Shown here in pieces: positions 39,000-49,585 of a stretch of DNA of 64,000 bases (position 1 is the first letter of the stretch; every line of letters begins with the position of its first letter). The position numbers and the translations under genes were made by a program. Location: the IMG/VR virus record IMGVR_UViG_3300006213_002470, one strand, 5' to 3'. The notes below the pieces were generated by a model. The model did not search any database. It was not told where the DNA came from and was given only the letters and a program-made list of their open reading frames with translations. This DNA is from an uncultured virus (IMG/VR IMGVR_UViG_3300006213_002470) (taxonomy: Duplodnaviria > Heunggongvirae > Uroviricota > Caudoviricetes).

Positions 39000-40562
39000 T
39001 TATGTAAAAGGATCTTCTTCCGCCATATATTTTATACCCTCCAAACAATATAGTTTATCAACCTTATTTTGACACTCTTCAAACCATTGAATATTTTCTC
39101 TAATTGTAAGACTTACAAAATCGTTCAGACATTCTTTTCTTGCGTCCGCCTCAACTAAATCCAAGACATGCTTCATAAAATTCAGATCTCTTCTTCTGAC
39201 TTCAACATACAAATCATAAAATCGTTTTAAACCATCTTCACTTAAAACTCTTGGTTTATTAATCGGTTCTATCATCATATCATACATCTTAACATGACTT
39301 ATATGCCACGCCTTTAATGCATCATAAACCATTTTCGCCCTTGCATCTATAATATCATACTCATAATTCTCATAATGGGCATCACTTTTTATTAATCCCT
39401 GTTTTCTTAGAATTTCCGTATAGCGAGTCCCTGTCGCCGCATACATTTCTGAAAAGATCCCCTTGCATATTGCCCAAGAATATTTATTCATTAATTCATA
39501 ATTATCTTTTAGTTCTTCAAATGTTGTCGCATAATCAAATAAAATAAATCCGTGCAATATATACAGATCAAATTTCTTCAAACAATCAAGTGCCTTTATA
39601 TTAATCTCACGATTCGCTATTTTTCCCATTCGCTTTAAGGCATCGCAATTAAAATTCTCTATACCAATTACTATTGAATTGCAACCAGCACGACATAAAG
39701 CATCTACAAGCTCTTCACTGACTCTATCTGCTCTCATAGTTATTCGAAATCTAATGTCCAACCCTCTTTTATTAATTTCGTCTGCAAAACTATTACACCA
39801 TTCCGTTCCTCGAGGGGGCTCAATAAAAGAATCATCCACGAATTTAAAATAGCGAGCTCCTTTATGATACAATTGCTCCAATTCATCTACAATATTATTA
39901 ATACTCCGTCCTCTCCATTTAACCCCTTCTGATGTCCTCCAAAAGGCCGCCACACTACAGAATAAACAGCTTGAAAAACATCCTCTCGAAGTTGATACAT
40001 TGACTGGAATTTTATTCTTCATAACGTAATCAATTGTATCTCTTGACGGAAATGATAATTCATCTAAATTAGAGACACATTCATTTTTTTTATAGTGTAA
40101 CTCACCCTTTTTATCATAATAGGCAAGACCAACTATTTGAGACAAATCTAATTTTTTATAAAGAAAATATTCGCACAGATTTACTAATGTCCTTTCCCCC
40201 TCAGCCATAGATATAAAATCAAAGCCAGCATCTAAAAACTTTTTAGGATTAAGTGTTGGAGAAAAACCACCAGCAACAAACGGTATATTATATCCCCTAT
40301 CTTTTAATTTCTTAACTATATCTATGGCGACATCTCCTGTTAATAAATTACATGAAAAACCTACAAATATAGGTTTTTCAAAATCAAGAATTCTATTTAT
40401 TATGTCTTCAGACGTTAATTCCTCTAACCATCCATCAATAATAATAGCATTAATATCTTTTTCTCTACAAGCCGCAGCTATATATCCAAGTCCTAGATTT
40501 TCTTCAGCTGTTCTACTGCTAGAAGTTGCTGTAGTAACAAGTAATACTACTGGTTTATTCAT
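39000..40562 (-). CDS. B12-binding domain radical SAM protein
   Basis: NLGLGYIAA, FVAGGFSPT, AEGE; STSRGCFSSCLFC (CxxxCxxC); FVDDSF; IGIEN. Confidence 0.9.
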   Translation of the reverse strand: MNKPVVLLVTTATSSSRTAEENLGLGYIAAACREKDINAIIIDGWLEELTSEDIINRILDFEKPIFVGFSCNLLTGDVAIDIVKKLKDRGYNIPFVAGGFSPTLNPKKFLDAGFDFISMAEGERTLVNLCEYFLYKKLDLSQIVGLAYYDKKGELHYKKNECVSNLDELSFPSRDTIDYVMKNKIPVNVSTSRGCFSSCLFCSVAAFWRTSEGVKWRGRSINNIVDELEQLYHKGARYFKFVDDSFIEPPRGTEWCNSFADEINKRGLDIRFRITMRADRVSEELVDALCRAGCNSIVIGIENFNCDALKRMGKIANREINIKALDCLKKFDLYILHGFILFDYATTFEELKDNYELMNKYSWAICKGIFSEMYAATGTRYTEILRKQGLIKSDAHYENYEYDIIDARAKMVYDALKAWHISHVKMYDMMIEPINKPRVLSEDGLKRFYDLYVEVRRRDLNFMKHVLDLVEADARKECLNDFVSLTIRENIQWFEECQNKVDKLYCLEGIKYMAEEDPFT

Positions 40563-40635
40563 AAATCTTTCCTCTCTACAATTTTCGCTCAATATACATT
40601 TCTCCAGTTTATATTTTTACACTTTGTGTTATGCA

Positions 40636-41745
40636 TCAATTAGATTTATTACTTATATTTTTAGAAATATTCATTTCAACTTCTAGTTTCTCAAATAACA
40701 CTTCATCCCAATTCTTTTTCCAATAAAGACTTTTATATTTTTTCATATTATTCCTATATTGACTTATCAAAGCTATAAATCTTTCAAATTCTTCTTGGTC
40801 ATATTTTCTCATTCTTAGTCCAAATTTTTCCTTTTCAACCATATAGCAACAATAATTTTGTTCAAAAGTTGCTAAGGGAGATAAGTATAGTGGTATTTCC
40901 AAACTAATTGCTTCACTAATAAGTTGATGCCCAGATGTAGCAATTATAAAATTGCAATCAGATAGGTCATCATCAAAATCATCACCAAATTTTTTAAATT
41001 TTAAATTACTATACCCATTGTAATTATCAAATTTATGTTCGGTATATATATGAAAAGTGTATCCTTGATTATTTTTAATTAATTCTAATATTTTTATATA
41101 ATCTTTTAAATCAGATGGATATGGTGAAAAATAAACCACTACTTTATTCTTTATAATAGATTTTCTCTCTATAACTTTTATTATTGGTGGTATCACTTCA
41201 ATATTATATTTTCGACAATTATTTATTTTAAAAAATGAGGAAACGTATCTTTTTTTTGCATAAGGAAAAAAATAGTTCAACAAACAATTTTCAGTATTAA
41301 CCGAAAAACCATTAATTGTATTAATTGGTATATTCAAAAGTTTTGATTGCTGATCAAGACAAATTAAAGGGACATTTGTTGCATAAGCAAATTGTGCTAC
41401 ATAAGGTTCATAATCGGTTAAAATATAGTCTGGATTTTCTCCCGCAAATGATTTTCTGACATTAATAGAAAAATCCAAAAAATTATCAAATAAATCTTCG
41501 CTGTATTCGGCATACTTTTCTTTGGTTGCCTCAAAATCAATCCCCATACTATTGCAAACAATCCAAGGACGATTAACAATTATTTTTTTAATATTAGGAT
41601 ATTGACTATTAAACAAATCACAATTATTTTGCGAAATGACCATCGTCATATCTATATTATACTCTAATAAATGCTTTATGATTAATCTTTGCCGGCTAAC
41701 ATGACCATTCCCCACACTACATACACCTAACAATACTTTTATCAT
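40636..41745 (-). CDS. GT-B glycosyltransferase (MJ1255-like)
   Basis: GNGHVSR, ILTDYEP, IATSGHQLISEA, FEQNY. Confidence 0.8.
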   Translation of the reverse strand: MIKVLLGVCSVGNGHVSRQRLIIKHLLEYNIDMTMVISQNNCDLFNSQYPNIKKIIVNRPWIVCNSMGIDFEATKEKYAEYSEDLFDNFLDFSINVRKSFAGENPDYILTDYEPYVAQFAYATNVPLICLDQQSKLLNIPINTINGFSVNTENCLLNYFFPYAKKRYVSSFFKINNCRKYNIEVIPPIIKVIERKSIIKNKVVVYFSPYPSDLKDYIKILELIKNNQGYTFHIYTEHKFDNYNGYSNLKFKKFGDDFDDDLSDCNFIIATSGHQLISEAISLEIPLYLSPLATFEQNYCCYMVEKEKFGLRMRKYDQEEFERFIALISQYRNNMKKYKSLYWKKNWDEVLFEKLEVEMNISKNISNKSN

Positions 41746-41787
41746 ATATATTCTCCACAATAATTTATTTTCTATATGTATATTAAA

Positions 41788-42771
41788 TTAACTTATTCTA
41801 ATATCTTGGAATATACCTTGGGGGCAATATTTGCAATATTGCTGCAAATCTTTTGTATCTTGATTTAAAATACTTAATACCTGAGGAACATCTATCGAAT
41901 TATAGTCAATTTTTCTCTCACATTTACTATAAAAATATTCATGCGCCGGACATGGATAAATTGTTCCATTGGGATAAAATGTAAGATGCCTTTGCGTCCA
42001 ATGGCATTCATAGTTTTCATTATGATAGATATAACCATCAAATTCATTTTTATAATATTCATTCAAATTATATATAATATCTTTCTTTTTCTCCTCTTCA
42101 AAAATATATTTATTCACTATATCTTTCATTTTAGGTATTATGTTACTTTTAAGTATATTAATATCCTCTTTCTCCATCCTGACTCCAGGAAGATTTATCG
42201 CATCTTCCATATATGACGGCCACATTAAATTTGCATTATTATTTATAGCAAATTCTAATATTTGTGGCAATTCTGTGTAATTATCTTTCATTACAACTGT
42301 TTGAACAATGAATATAAAATCTCGTTTTTCTTTAAATTCTTTAATAACTTTAGCCGATTTTAATAATCGTTCTAATAATACACTACTCCCTCTAACATTA
42401 TCTATATTTTCTGCATCTAAGCTATAAACCGATAACACTATCTGTTCTAATCCCAAAGAAAGCCAAAGATCTAACTTTTCTGCTGTAATATCCCATCCAT
42501 TTGTATTTATTCTAGTCTTTAAACCATAACTATGAGCTATTTTCATATATGCTTCTATATTTGAAACCATTGTTGGTTCTCCACCACTAAAACAAATATA
42601 CTTTCCTCCTATTTGATTAATAATTGAGCACAATTTTTCAAAATATGAAATATTAAAAACTGTATTATTCTCATTTTTATTTTCAAATGCTTTCTTTCTA
42701 TTTACACAGCATTTACAATGTGCCGGACAATTGGTAGTAATTTTTATTACAAAGTTATAATCTTCTCTCAT
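41788..42771 (-). CDS. Radical SAM protein with SPASM/twitch-like C-terminus
   Basis: CPAHCKCC, FSGGEP, INTNG; C...GTIYPC...YCKYC. Confidence 0.88.
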   Translation of the reverse strand: MREDYNFVIKITTNCPAHCKCCVNRKKAFENKNENNTVFNISYFEKLCSIINQIGGKYICFSGGEPTMVSNIEAYMKIAHSYGLKTRINTNGWDITAEKLDLWLSLGLEQIVLSVYSLDAENIDNVRGSSVLLERLLKSAKVIKEFKEKRDFIFIVQTVVMKDNYTELPQILEFAINNNANLMWPSYMEDAINLPGVRMEKEDINILKSNIIPKMKDIVNKYIFEEEKKKDIIYNLNEYYKNEFDGYIYHNENYECHWTQRHLTFYPNGTIYPCPAHEYFYSKCERKIDYNSIDVPQVLSILNQDTKDLQQYCKYCPQGIFQDIRIS

Positions 42772-42773
42772 AT

Positions 42774-43658
42774 TTATTTCTCCTCGTATAATAACAACGT
42801 TTGTATGCGATCAATAATATACATTGCACATTGCTTAAAAATTACATCATTATCTATATAGTCGGAACGAATATAATAGTTGTTCAATCTTATTAATTGA
42901 TTATGAAGAAAAAATATATACGCCTTCAAATTTAAATCTGTCATATTTGTTTCTTTTTCCATTATCTTCATAATCTCAATTAAATCTAACATTCTATGAG
43001 GATTATTATAATTTGTACAAAGAGAACCCTGCCTTCTCATATAATGATATAAAACCTTATCAATATATTGAATCCTATTCGCATAGTTAAAATATTGATA
43101 GCAAAATAATAAATCTTCGTAAATCATTCCTTCTGGAAAATACAATTTCTCTGAACGAATTACTGATGTTCTAAACAATTTATTCCAGACAAAACCTGAA
43201 GCATATTTTTGTTCTAAAATATTCCTTCTCGCTTCCTCACCCGTAACTTTATTCAATATAGGTATTTCTCTTGTAATCTCCCCATTGTATGATACTTGTA
43301 CGCCACAAACAACAGCATCAACATCATTATTCATATACAGAATCATGTCTCTGCAATAATCCACGTAAATTGTATCATCGACATCAACAAAGCAAAAAAA
43401 CTTCCCTGTACAAATTTTCAACCCCGCATTTCTTGCACAACTTGTACCCAAATTTTGTTGCTTTAGATAAACTATTCTCTTATCTTTATCAATATATTTT
43501 TTTATACACTTTTCGCTATTATCAGTTGAACCATCATTTACTATGATAATTTCCAGATTATCATATGATTGACAAATCAAACTCTCAAGACAATTTTCAA
43601 TATGTTTTTCTCCATTAAATACTGGTAATATAACTGATATTTTATCTTTTTTATCCAT
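42774..43658 (-). CDS. Family 2 glycosyltransferase
   Basis: ISVILPVFN, VNDGSTD, ARNAGL, FVDVDD, YEDLLF. Confidence 0.92.
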   Translation of the reverse strand: MDKKDKISVILPVFNGEKHIENCLESLICQSYDNLEIIIVNDGSTDNSEKCIKKYIDKDKRIVYLKQQNLGTSCARNAGLKICTGKFFCFVDVDDTIYVDYCRDMILYMNNDVDAVVCGVQVSYNGEITREIPILNKVTGEEARRNILEQKYASGFVWNKLFRTSVIRSEKLYFPEGMIYEDLLFCYQYFNYANRIQYIDKVLYHYMRRQGSLCTNYNNPHRMLDLIEIMKIMEKETNMTDLNLKAYIFFLHNQLIRLNNYYIRSDYIDNDVIFKQCAMYIIDRIQTLLLYEEK

Positions 43659-44132
43659 CCTTATTTCTCTATACTTTCTTATTATATTTTTCATCAAGAA
43701 CCTTTATCTAAGGTACCTTCTGTCATAAAGAGGTGAGTAACTATCCAAACTTAAATAATAAACAAGACCACATTATTTCTAAAATGTTAGCTTTCCGTTA
43801 GAATGGCATATCACAAAATGAGTATCAAGAAGCAAATCTGTGTTTTATCTTGCACCGATCTAACTATTGTTTTAATAATCAAATTTTCAAAAATACCATT
43901 GGTACATTCACTAATTAGAAAACACTTAATATAACAAATATATATTAAATTGCATTATAATAATAATGCTCGTAATAAATACGAGAAAACTCGTTGTTTT
44001 TCCGACTCAGGATAAAACTAGATCTAAGTCATACGTGTAATTTTGATGTGTAATGACCTCATGCCTAGTTTTATTTTACACAAAAAAAGTATTCTATGTA
44101 TATGTTGTACAAAAAATTAAGTAAGTACATTA

Positions 44133-45656
44133 CTCTAACTTCCCACATCAAAAATATGCTTAGAAGATTGAAAAACCAAACAAAATCCAGCATTTATTTG
44201 ATGTCTTGACAATAAAACAACACCTGAATCTGGTATAATATGAATAGCGACATCCAACAAAATACCAAAAAGAGGCGCTATCCATATGATAACGAAAAAT
44301 GAGCAGTCTGTGAATACTGAAAATGCAGTTGAATGTGAATTCGGGAACGCCATAAGGGAACTCGGCAACAGCAGCATACTGAAAAAATCCAACATCCGCA
44401 AAAAGAAAGGCGGAAGTGTATTTGATATTTTCCAGTCCCTGCTACTCCTTGTGTTCCAAAACTGCAACCTGTATCATTTCCCGAATTCCAAAAAACAGGA
44501 CACTGCATTTTCAAAAAATACCTACTACCGGTTCCTGAACGAATCCAAATATAACTAGAAACGTTTTCTGACACTGCTCGCCGTCAGGGTCACGAACTAT
44601 TTAACAGCCTCACAAAGCCGGGGCGTGTTATCTCACTGGTACTGGATGATTCCGTAATCCCAAGTGAACTAAGCAAAAAAGCAGAACTTCTCTCCCGTGT
44701 CTATGACCATGTCAAAAGCGGGCCGGTCAAAGGATTTAACATGTTTACCCTTGGCTGGACGGGTAATTACAGTTTTGTACCCGTCGCATTTAACATGATG
44801 GCATCTGCTGACGAAAAGAACCGCCTAGTACCTGCGTCCGCATCCGTTGACAAGCGCAAAAGCGGCTATAGTAACAGGCAGGATGCCGTCCAGCGGAAAC
44901 CAGAGGCTGCCGTTAATATGATCCATGATGCCCTTACCACCGGAATTCAGGCAGCTTATGTCCTGATGGATACATGGTTCACAAATGAGCCTTTTATCAA
45001 AAAAAGTGCAGGAGGAGGGCATTGGTGTCATCGGTATGATCAAAGACAACAGGCAGCGTTATTATAAGGGCAGACTTTATAACCTGAAGCAGCTCGCAAC
45101 ACTCATGGATTTTGACAGACCATGCAGTGTTTTCGGTTCCGTATGCGTGAAAACCATGAAATATGGAATTCCCGTCAAACTTGTTTATGTCAGGAACCGC
45201 AATAAAAAAAGTAATATATCGTCATTCTCACAACGGACTGCTCCCTGTCCGACAGTGAGGTCATCCGCACATATAGGAGCCGCTGGTCGATCGAGGTATT
45301 TTTCCGTACCGCCAAGTCCCTGCTGGATCTCGGAAATGAATTTCAGGGTCTCAGTTATGACATAACAGTAAGCAGCACCGCAATCGTGTTTACCAGATTC
45401 ATTGTTCTGGAGTGGCCGCGCCGCAAGAGAAATGACCAGAAAACCATCTGCGAACTGTTCTATATCTGTAGTGACAATATATAGGATATCGAATTGAATA
45501 CGGCTTTGAAACAGTTGCTTAAAATCCTGTGCAATGGCATCAAAAACCGTGCCATTACTATCACAAATGAAATAAAAGTACAACTCATCAACTGGTTTGT
45601 GTCTCAGCCTGCATTTGTTAAAGCTTTATACCCAGATTTGATGTGGTAAGTTTAAG
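44133..45656 (+). mobile_element. IS4-like insertion sequence, decayed
   Basis: Terminal IRs ctctaacttcccacatcaaa / tttgatgtggtaagtttaag (17/20); TACATTA duplicated at 44126-44132 and 45657-45663. Confidence 0.85.
44286..45649 (+). pseudogene. DDE transposase with stops and frameshifts
   Basis: Fragments SKNTYYRFL, LDDSV, VLMDTWF and RWSIEVFFR in different frames. Confidence 0.85.
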
Positions 45657-45922
45657 TACATTATATATGATTTTTATTCATGTTCCTTTTATTCTCTTCA
45701 ATGTCAGCAGTGCACCACTGTCACTTTCTACATATCACACTCCACTAAAAATATGTATATCATTTAAAACTCATTAAAGGCTTAGCATATCTTTCTTACA
45801 CCTCTTTAATATATACTTAGCCAATCCAATACACATATATGCGTATACATAACACATTATTTAGTTGTAATTATCCGATTGATTTTTATGTAAAATAGAA
45901 GTAAGAAAGGATGATACACACT

Positions 45923-46339
45923 ATGGAAACCAAAAACCGTATTCGAGAACTCAGGAAGAGCATGAACCTGTCCCAGGAGGCCCTCGCCACCATCCTCTGC
46001 ACCTCCCAGCAGGCGGTGAGCCGCATGGAGAACGGCGCCTATGACATACCCACAGACCTGCTGGTAAAGATGGCGGATTCGTTCAACGTCACCACCGACT
46101 ACATACTCGGACGCACCGACATCAAGCGTGACTTAAGCGGCCAGTTACGCATGAACCATGAGATGGACAGGTATTACGATATCGTGCTGCGCTACCAGCG
46201 CCTGTCGGACATCAACAGGAAGACTTTCCGGGTGATGCTGGAACGGCTGGAGCAGGCACAAAACGAACAGGAGAAACTTGTAACAGGGGATTTACACCGG
46301 AAGGAAGATGATGTGGATGGTGAGGATAGCGGTATGTGA
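45923..46339 (+). CDS. Xre-family HTH transcriptional regulator
   Basis: RIRELRKSMNLSQEALA...SQQAVSRMENG...FNVTTDYILG. Confidence 0.9.
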   Translation: METKNRIRELRKSMNLSQEALATILCTSQQAVSRMENGAYDIPTDLLVKMADSFNVTTDYILGRTDIKRDLSGQLRMNHEMDRYYDIVLRYQRLSDINRKTFRVMLERLEQAQNEQEKLVTGDLHRKEDDVDGEDSGM

Positions 46340-47060
46340 CGATGACATGCGTTTTACGGCGGAACTGGAAGAAATGGTGCGCCGCGAGGCAGACGATTCG
46401 GGCATCAGCGTGGAGACGGAAGCCTATTCCGATGGCGGCACCCTGGTCGCGGACATAGAAAAGGGCTATCGCTACGACCTGGTATTCCTTGACATAGAGA
46501 TGGAGAGGGTGGACGGCATAAGCGCCGCGAGGCAGATACGCCGCATCGACCGTTCCGCGCTCCTCATATACGTGTCAGGCTACGAACAGTATTTAAAGGA
46601 GCTCTTCGAGGTGGAGCCGTTCCGGTTCCTCTCAAAGCCCGTGGACGGGGCGAAGTTCAGGAAATACTTCCGCGACGCCTGTGCCCGGATAGGAGAAACG
46701 GAAGCCTACTACCGCTTCTCCTTCAACAAGGAGATCCGGAAAGTTGCGGTCAGGGACGTCGTGTATTTCGAGAGCCGCAACCGGGTAGTGCATATATTCA
46801 TGGCAGATGGCTCCGAGGAGCGTTTTTACGGCAGGCTCAACACTGTTGAGAAAGATCTTTCAGAGGGGCGGCAGGAGTTTCTGCGGATACACCAGTCGTT
46901 CCTTGTGAATTACAGTTACATAGAGAAGATGAACTTTTCCGTGGTGACGGTGATATTCGGGAACGGGAAGCGTACCGCCCTGAAGATCAGCGAGGACAGG
47001 GAGAAGGCGGTACGCTCGCGGCTCTGCGGCATGGCGGGCAGGAAGGCGGTGGACGGATGA
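46317..47060 (+). CDS. LytTR response regulator
   Basis: IAVCDD, LVFLDIEM, FLSKP; FLRIHQSFLVN. Confidence 0.92.
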   Translation: MVRIAVCDDDMRFTAELEEMVRREADDSGISVETEAYSDGGTLVADIEKGYRYDLVFLDIEMERVDGISAARQIRRIDRSALLIYVSGYEQYLKELFEVEPFRFLSKPVDGAKFRKYFRDACARIGETEAYYRFSFNKEIRKVAVRDVVYFESRNRVVHIFMADGSEERFYGRLNTVEKDLSEGRQEFLRIHQSFLVNYSYIEKMNFSVVTVIFGNGKRTALKISEDREKAVRSRLCGMAGRKAVDG

Positions 47061-48361
47061 ACCCTGTATGCACCTACGCCGGCAGTCTGCTGACATCATG
47101 CTTCCATGTACTTATCATGCACAAATTAATGAAGGCGTTCTTTTCCCGTCCCTCGAAAAACCCAATGCGTTTTGCGGCATGGACCGTTTATTACATCCTG
47201 CAGACGGTTCCCGTCCTGGGCATATCCATATCCCCGACGGCAATGCTTTTCCTGAACATGGCGCTCGTACTCATGATCAGTTCCATATCCTACGATGCAG
47301 GCATGAAAAGGCGCTGCATCTTCTCGGTGCTGGTATGCGCCGTATGGATGCTCATGGAGATCACCACCGACATCATCCTCCGGCTGATCGGGATGGACGG
47401 GTGGGAACTGCAGACGGCCGGGACGGTCATCTCGCTGATGCTCATGTTCCTCCTTGCCATTATCGCGGGGCATTATGCCAAACGCATGGACCGGAGGGAC
47501 ATCCCGTTCCGGTATGCCGTCGCGGTCCTCGCCGTCCCCGCCGGAAGCGTATACCTGATGCACAACATCTTCCTGATAACGGCGCGGCATGAGGAATACA
47601 CCCCGTTCGCCATCATCTCGGGACTCCTGCTCCTCCTGCTGATCTACATGATATTCGAGGTCTATGACCGCATGGTGGACGATGCGGAGGCCCAGGAGAA
47701 GAACCTGCTCTATGAGCAGGAGCTTGACCTTTTAAACAGGCACGCGCAGGAGCGGGAGGCGTATGACGCGGAGATGAGGCGGCTGAGGCACGACATGAAG
47801 AACCATATGTCGAGCCTGCTGGGGATGCTGCAGGGGGATGACACAAAACAGGCGGAGGAATATGTGCGAGGGATGCTGCGGGGAACCCCGGAGTGCCGGG
47901 CGGATGACGTTTCCCGGACCGGTAACGCCATCGTGGACAGCCTTGTGAACCATAAATGCGGCATTGCACGGGTGGAGGGCATCACCTTTGAAGCCAGTGT
48001 GTTCCTGCCCGCGGAACTGCCCTTCCAGGGCGGACACCTTACCATCGTGTTCGGAAACCTGCTGGACAACGCGCTGGAGGCGTGCATGGAAGTTGAGGAG
48101 GGAAATCGTTATGTCACGCTGTACGCCTCGTATGAGAAGGAAGTCCTTATGATAGCGGTCACGAACCCTTACCGCGGGGAGCGGAGGAAGAACCGCGTTG
48201 GGAAATACGTAACGACAAAGAAAGACCGCAGGAGCCACGGACTGGGCCTTTCCTCCGTGGAGCAGGCGGCGGAAGCCTACCATGGGCAGGTGGACGCGGA
48301 CGGACGTGACGGCGTGTTCAGGGTATCGGTGGTAATGTACGGCGGCGAGGGGCAAAAATGA
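47057..48361 (+). CDS. GHKL membrane sensor histidine kinase
   Basis: Multiple TMs; RHDMKNH, GNLLDNALEA, HGLGLSSV. Confidence 0.92.
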   Translation: MNPVCTYAGSLLTSCFHVLIMHKLMKAFFSRPSKNPMRFAAWTVYYILQTVPVLGISISPTAMLFLNMALVLMISSISYDAGMKRRCIFSVLVCAVWMLMEITTDIILRLIGMDGWELQTAGTVISLMLMFLLAIIAGHYAKRMDRRDIPFRYAVAVLAVPAGSVYLMHNIFLITARHEEYTPFAIISGLLLLLLIYMIFEVYDRMVDDAEAQEKNLLYEQELDLLNRHAQEREAYDAEMRRLRHDMKNHMSSLLGMLQGDDTKQAEEYVRGMLRGTPECRADDVSRTGNAIVDSLVNHKCGIARVEGITFEASVFLPAELPFQGGHLTIVFGNLLDNALEACMEVEEGNRYVTLYASYEKEVLMIAVTNPYRGERRKNRVGKYVTTKKDRRSHGLGLSSVEQAAEAYHGQVDADGRDGVFRVSVVMYGGEGQK

Positions 48362-48442
48362 CATGGATACCCGTATTTATTACGAGCAATATTTTAACAA
48401 AGAAAGTATTAGATACACTTGCTATATAAAAGGGGTGAGATT

Positions 48443-49006
48443 ATGGATCGCTTATCCACAAAACTAACAAATTACATACTCTTAAAAGGCGTTATCGAAG
48501 AAAATGACTTTGAAATATACCAATACGGCTTTCAGCGTTTTCTGGAGCTTTTCATAAATATTATGTGCAGCATCATTATTGCCATTTTATTAAATATGAA
48601 GCTTGAATGTATTGTATTTTTCCTCTTTTTTATCCCCTTACGCTCCTATTCCGGCGGTTTCCATATGGAACACTATTTATCCTGTCTTTTTTTATCCTGC
48701 CTATCCTTAACCGGCATCCTCTGTATCGTAAAGTATTTTTCAGCAACACTGCCCCTTTCGTGTGTTTTATACTTCATTTCCTTAGCGGTAATCAAAATAA
48801 TAGGATCCGTGAACCACCCTAACCGAAGTGTTGACAAAGAGGATAATCTATTTTTTAATAAGAGAGCCAATATCATTCTGCTTGCAAGCCTTATCATATT
48901 TGCAATCTTTTTACTTTCAAACAATACACGCTATCTATTTTTAGAAGCACTTGTCTTTACCCTGATGTCTGTATCCTTGATTATTGGAAAAATTCAATAT
49001 TCATAA
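48443..49006 (+). CDS. AgrB-family protein with no adjacent agrD seen
   Basis: IYQYGF, PLRSYSGGFH...C, VNHPNR. Confidence 0.8.
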   Translation: MDRLSTKLTNYILLKGVIEENDFEIYQYGFQRFLELFINIMCSIIIAILLNMKLECIVFFLFFIPLRSYSGGFHMEHYLSCLFLSCLSLTGILCIVKYFSATLPLSCVLYFISLAVIKIIGSVNHPNRSVDKEDNLFFNKRANIILLASLIIFAIFLLSNNTRYLFLEALVFTLMSVSLIIGKIQYS

Positions 49007-49064
49007 ATAAAAAAGGACTGCCGCTCAACACGGCAGTCAATCCAATATACTGTTTATATAGCAG

Positions 49065-49436
49065 TCATACAGGATTATCCAATATAACTTCAATTTTATG
49101 CTCCAATTCCTGCAGCTGGTGCAAATAATCCTCTTTCAGATCATCCGGTACATCCTCATCCAGATTCTGAATATCTTTATAGTCCTTCTTTCCGATATCC
49201 TGCTTGTGTCTGTAAAACCATTGCCATCTCCAGTTTTTTAGCAGGCTCTCCGCCATTTTTTCAGGTGTGTCTAATATTTCATCTATAAAAAACGTTGCGC
49301 TGCTTTCATGATTTGTAACACCAATCTCTCCAACAACAGATACATAACCTGCATGATATATATGTGCAATATGGTAATCCTGAGATTCCTTTAAGATATC
49401 AGAAAAGACTTTTATTAATTCTTCGTATTTATCCAT
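49065..49436 (-). CDS. Hypothetical protein
   Basis: GGAGG RBS before ATG 49436. Confidence 0.7.
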   Translation of the reverse strand: MDKYEELIKVFSDILKESQDYHIAHIYHAGYVSVVGEIGVTNHESSATFFIDEILDTPEKMAESLLKNWRWQWFYRHKQDIGKKDYKDIQNLDEDVPDDLKEDYLHQLQELEHKIEVILDNPV

Positions 49437-49585
49437 AACATCCTCCAATTTATCTAAATTTTATCATAAATTTGTCCTATATTATTATTACATCGGGCCA
49501 AATTTATGTACATTAAAAGCATTGTTTATAGCAAAAAAAAGGGAATACCATTAATAAGTCTCCCTCTCATATCCTCGATATGCAA

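Noticed and set aside
44105..44131. Fifth LytTR-type box (gtaca...gtaca) beside the IS
   Set aside because: Period is 18 bp rather than 20 and the spacer is A-rich rather than T-rich
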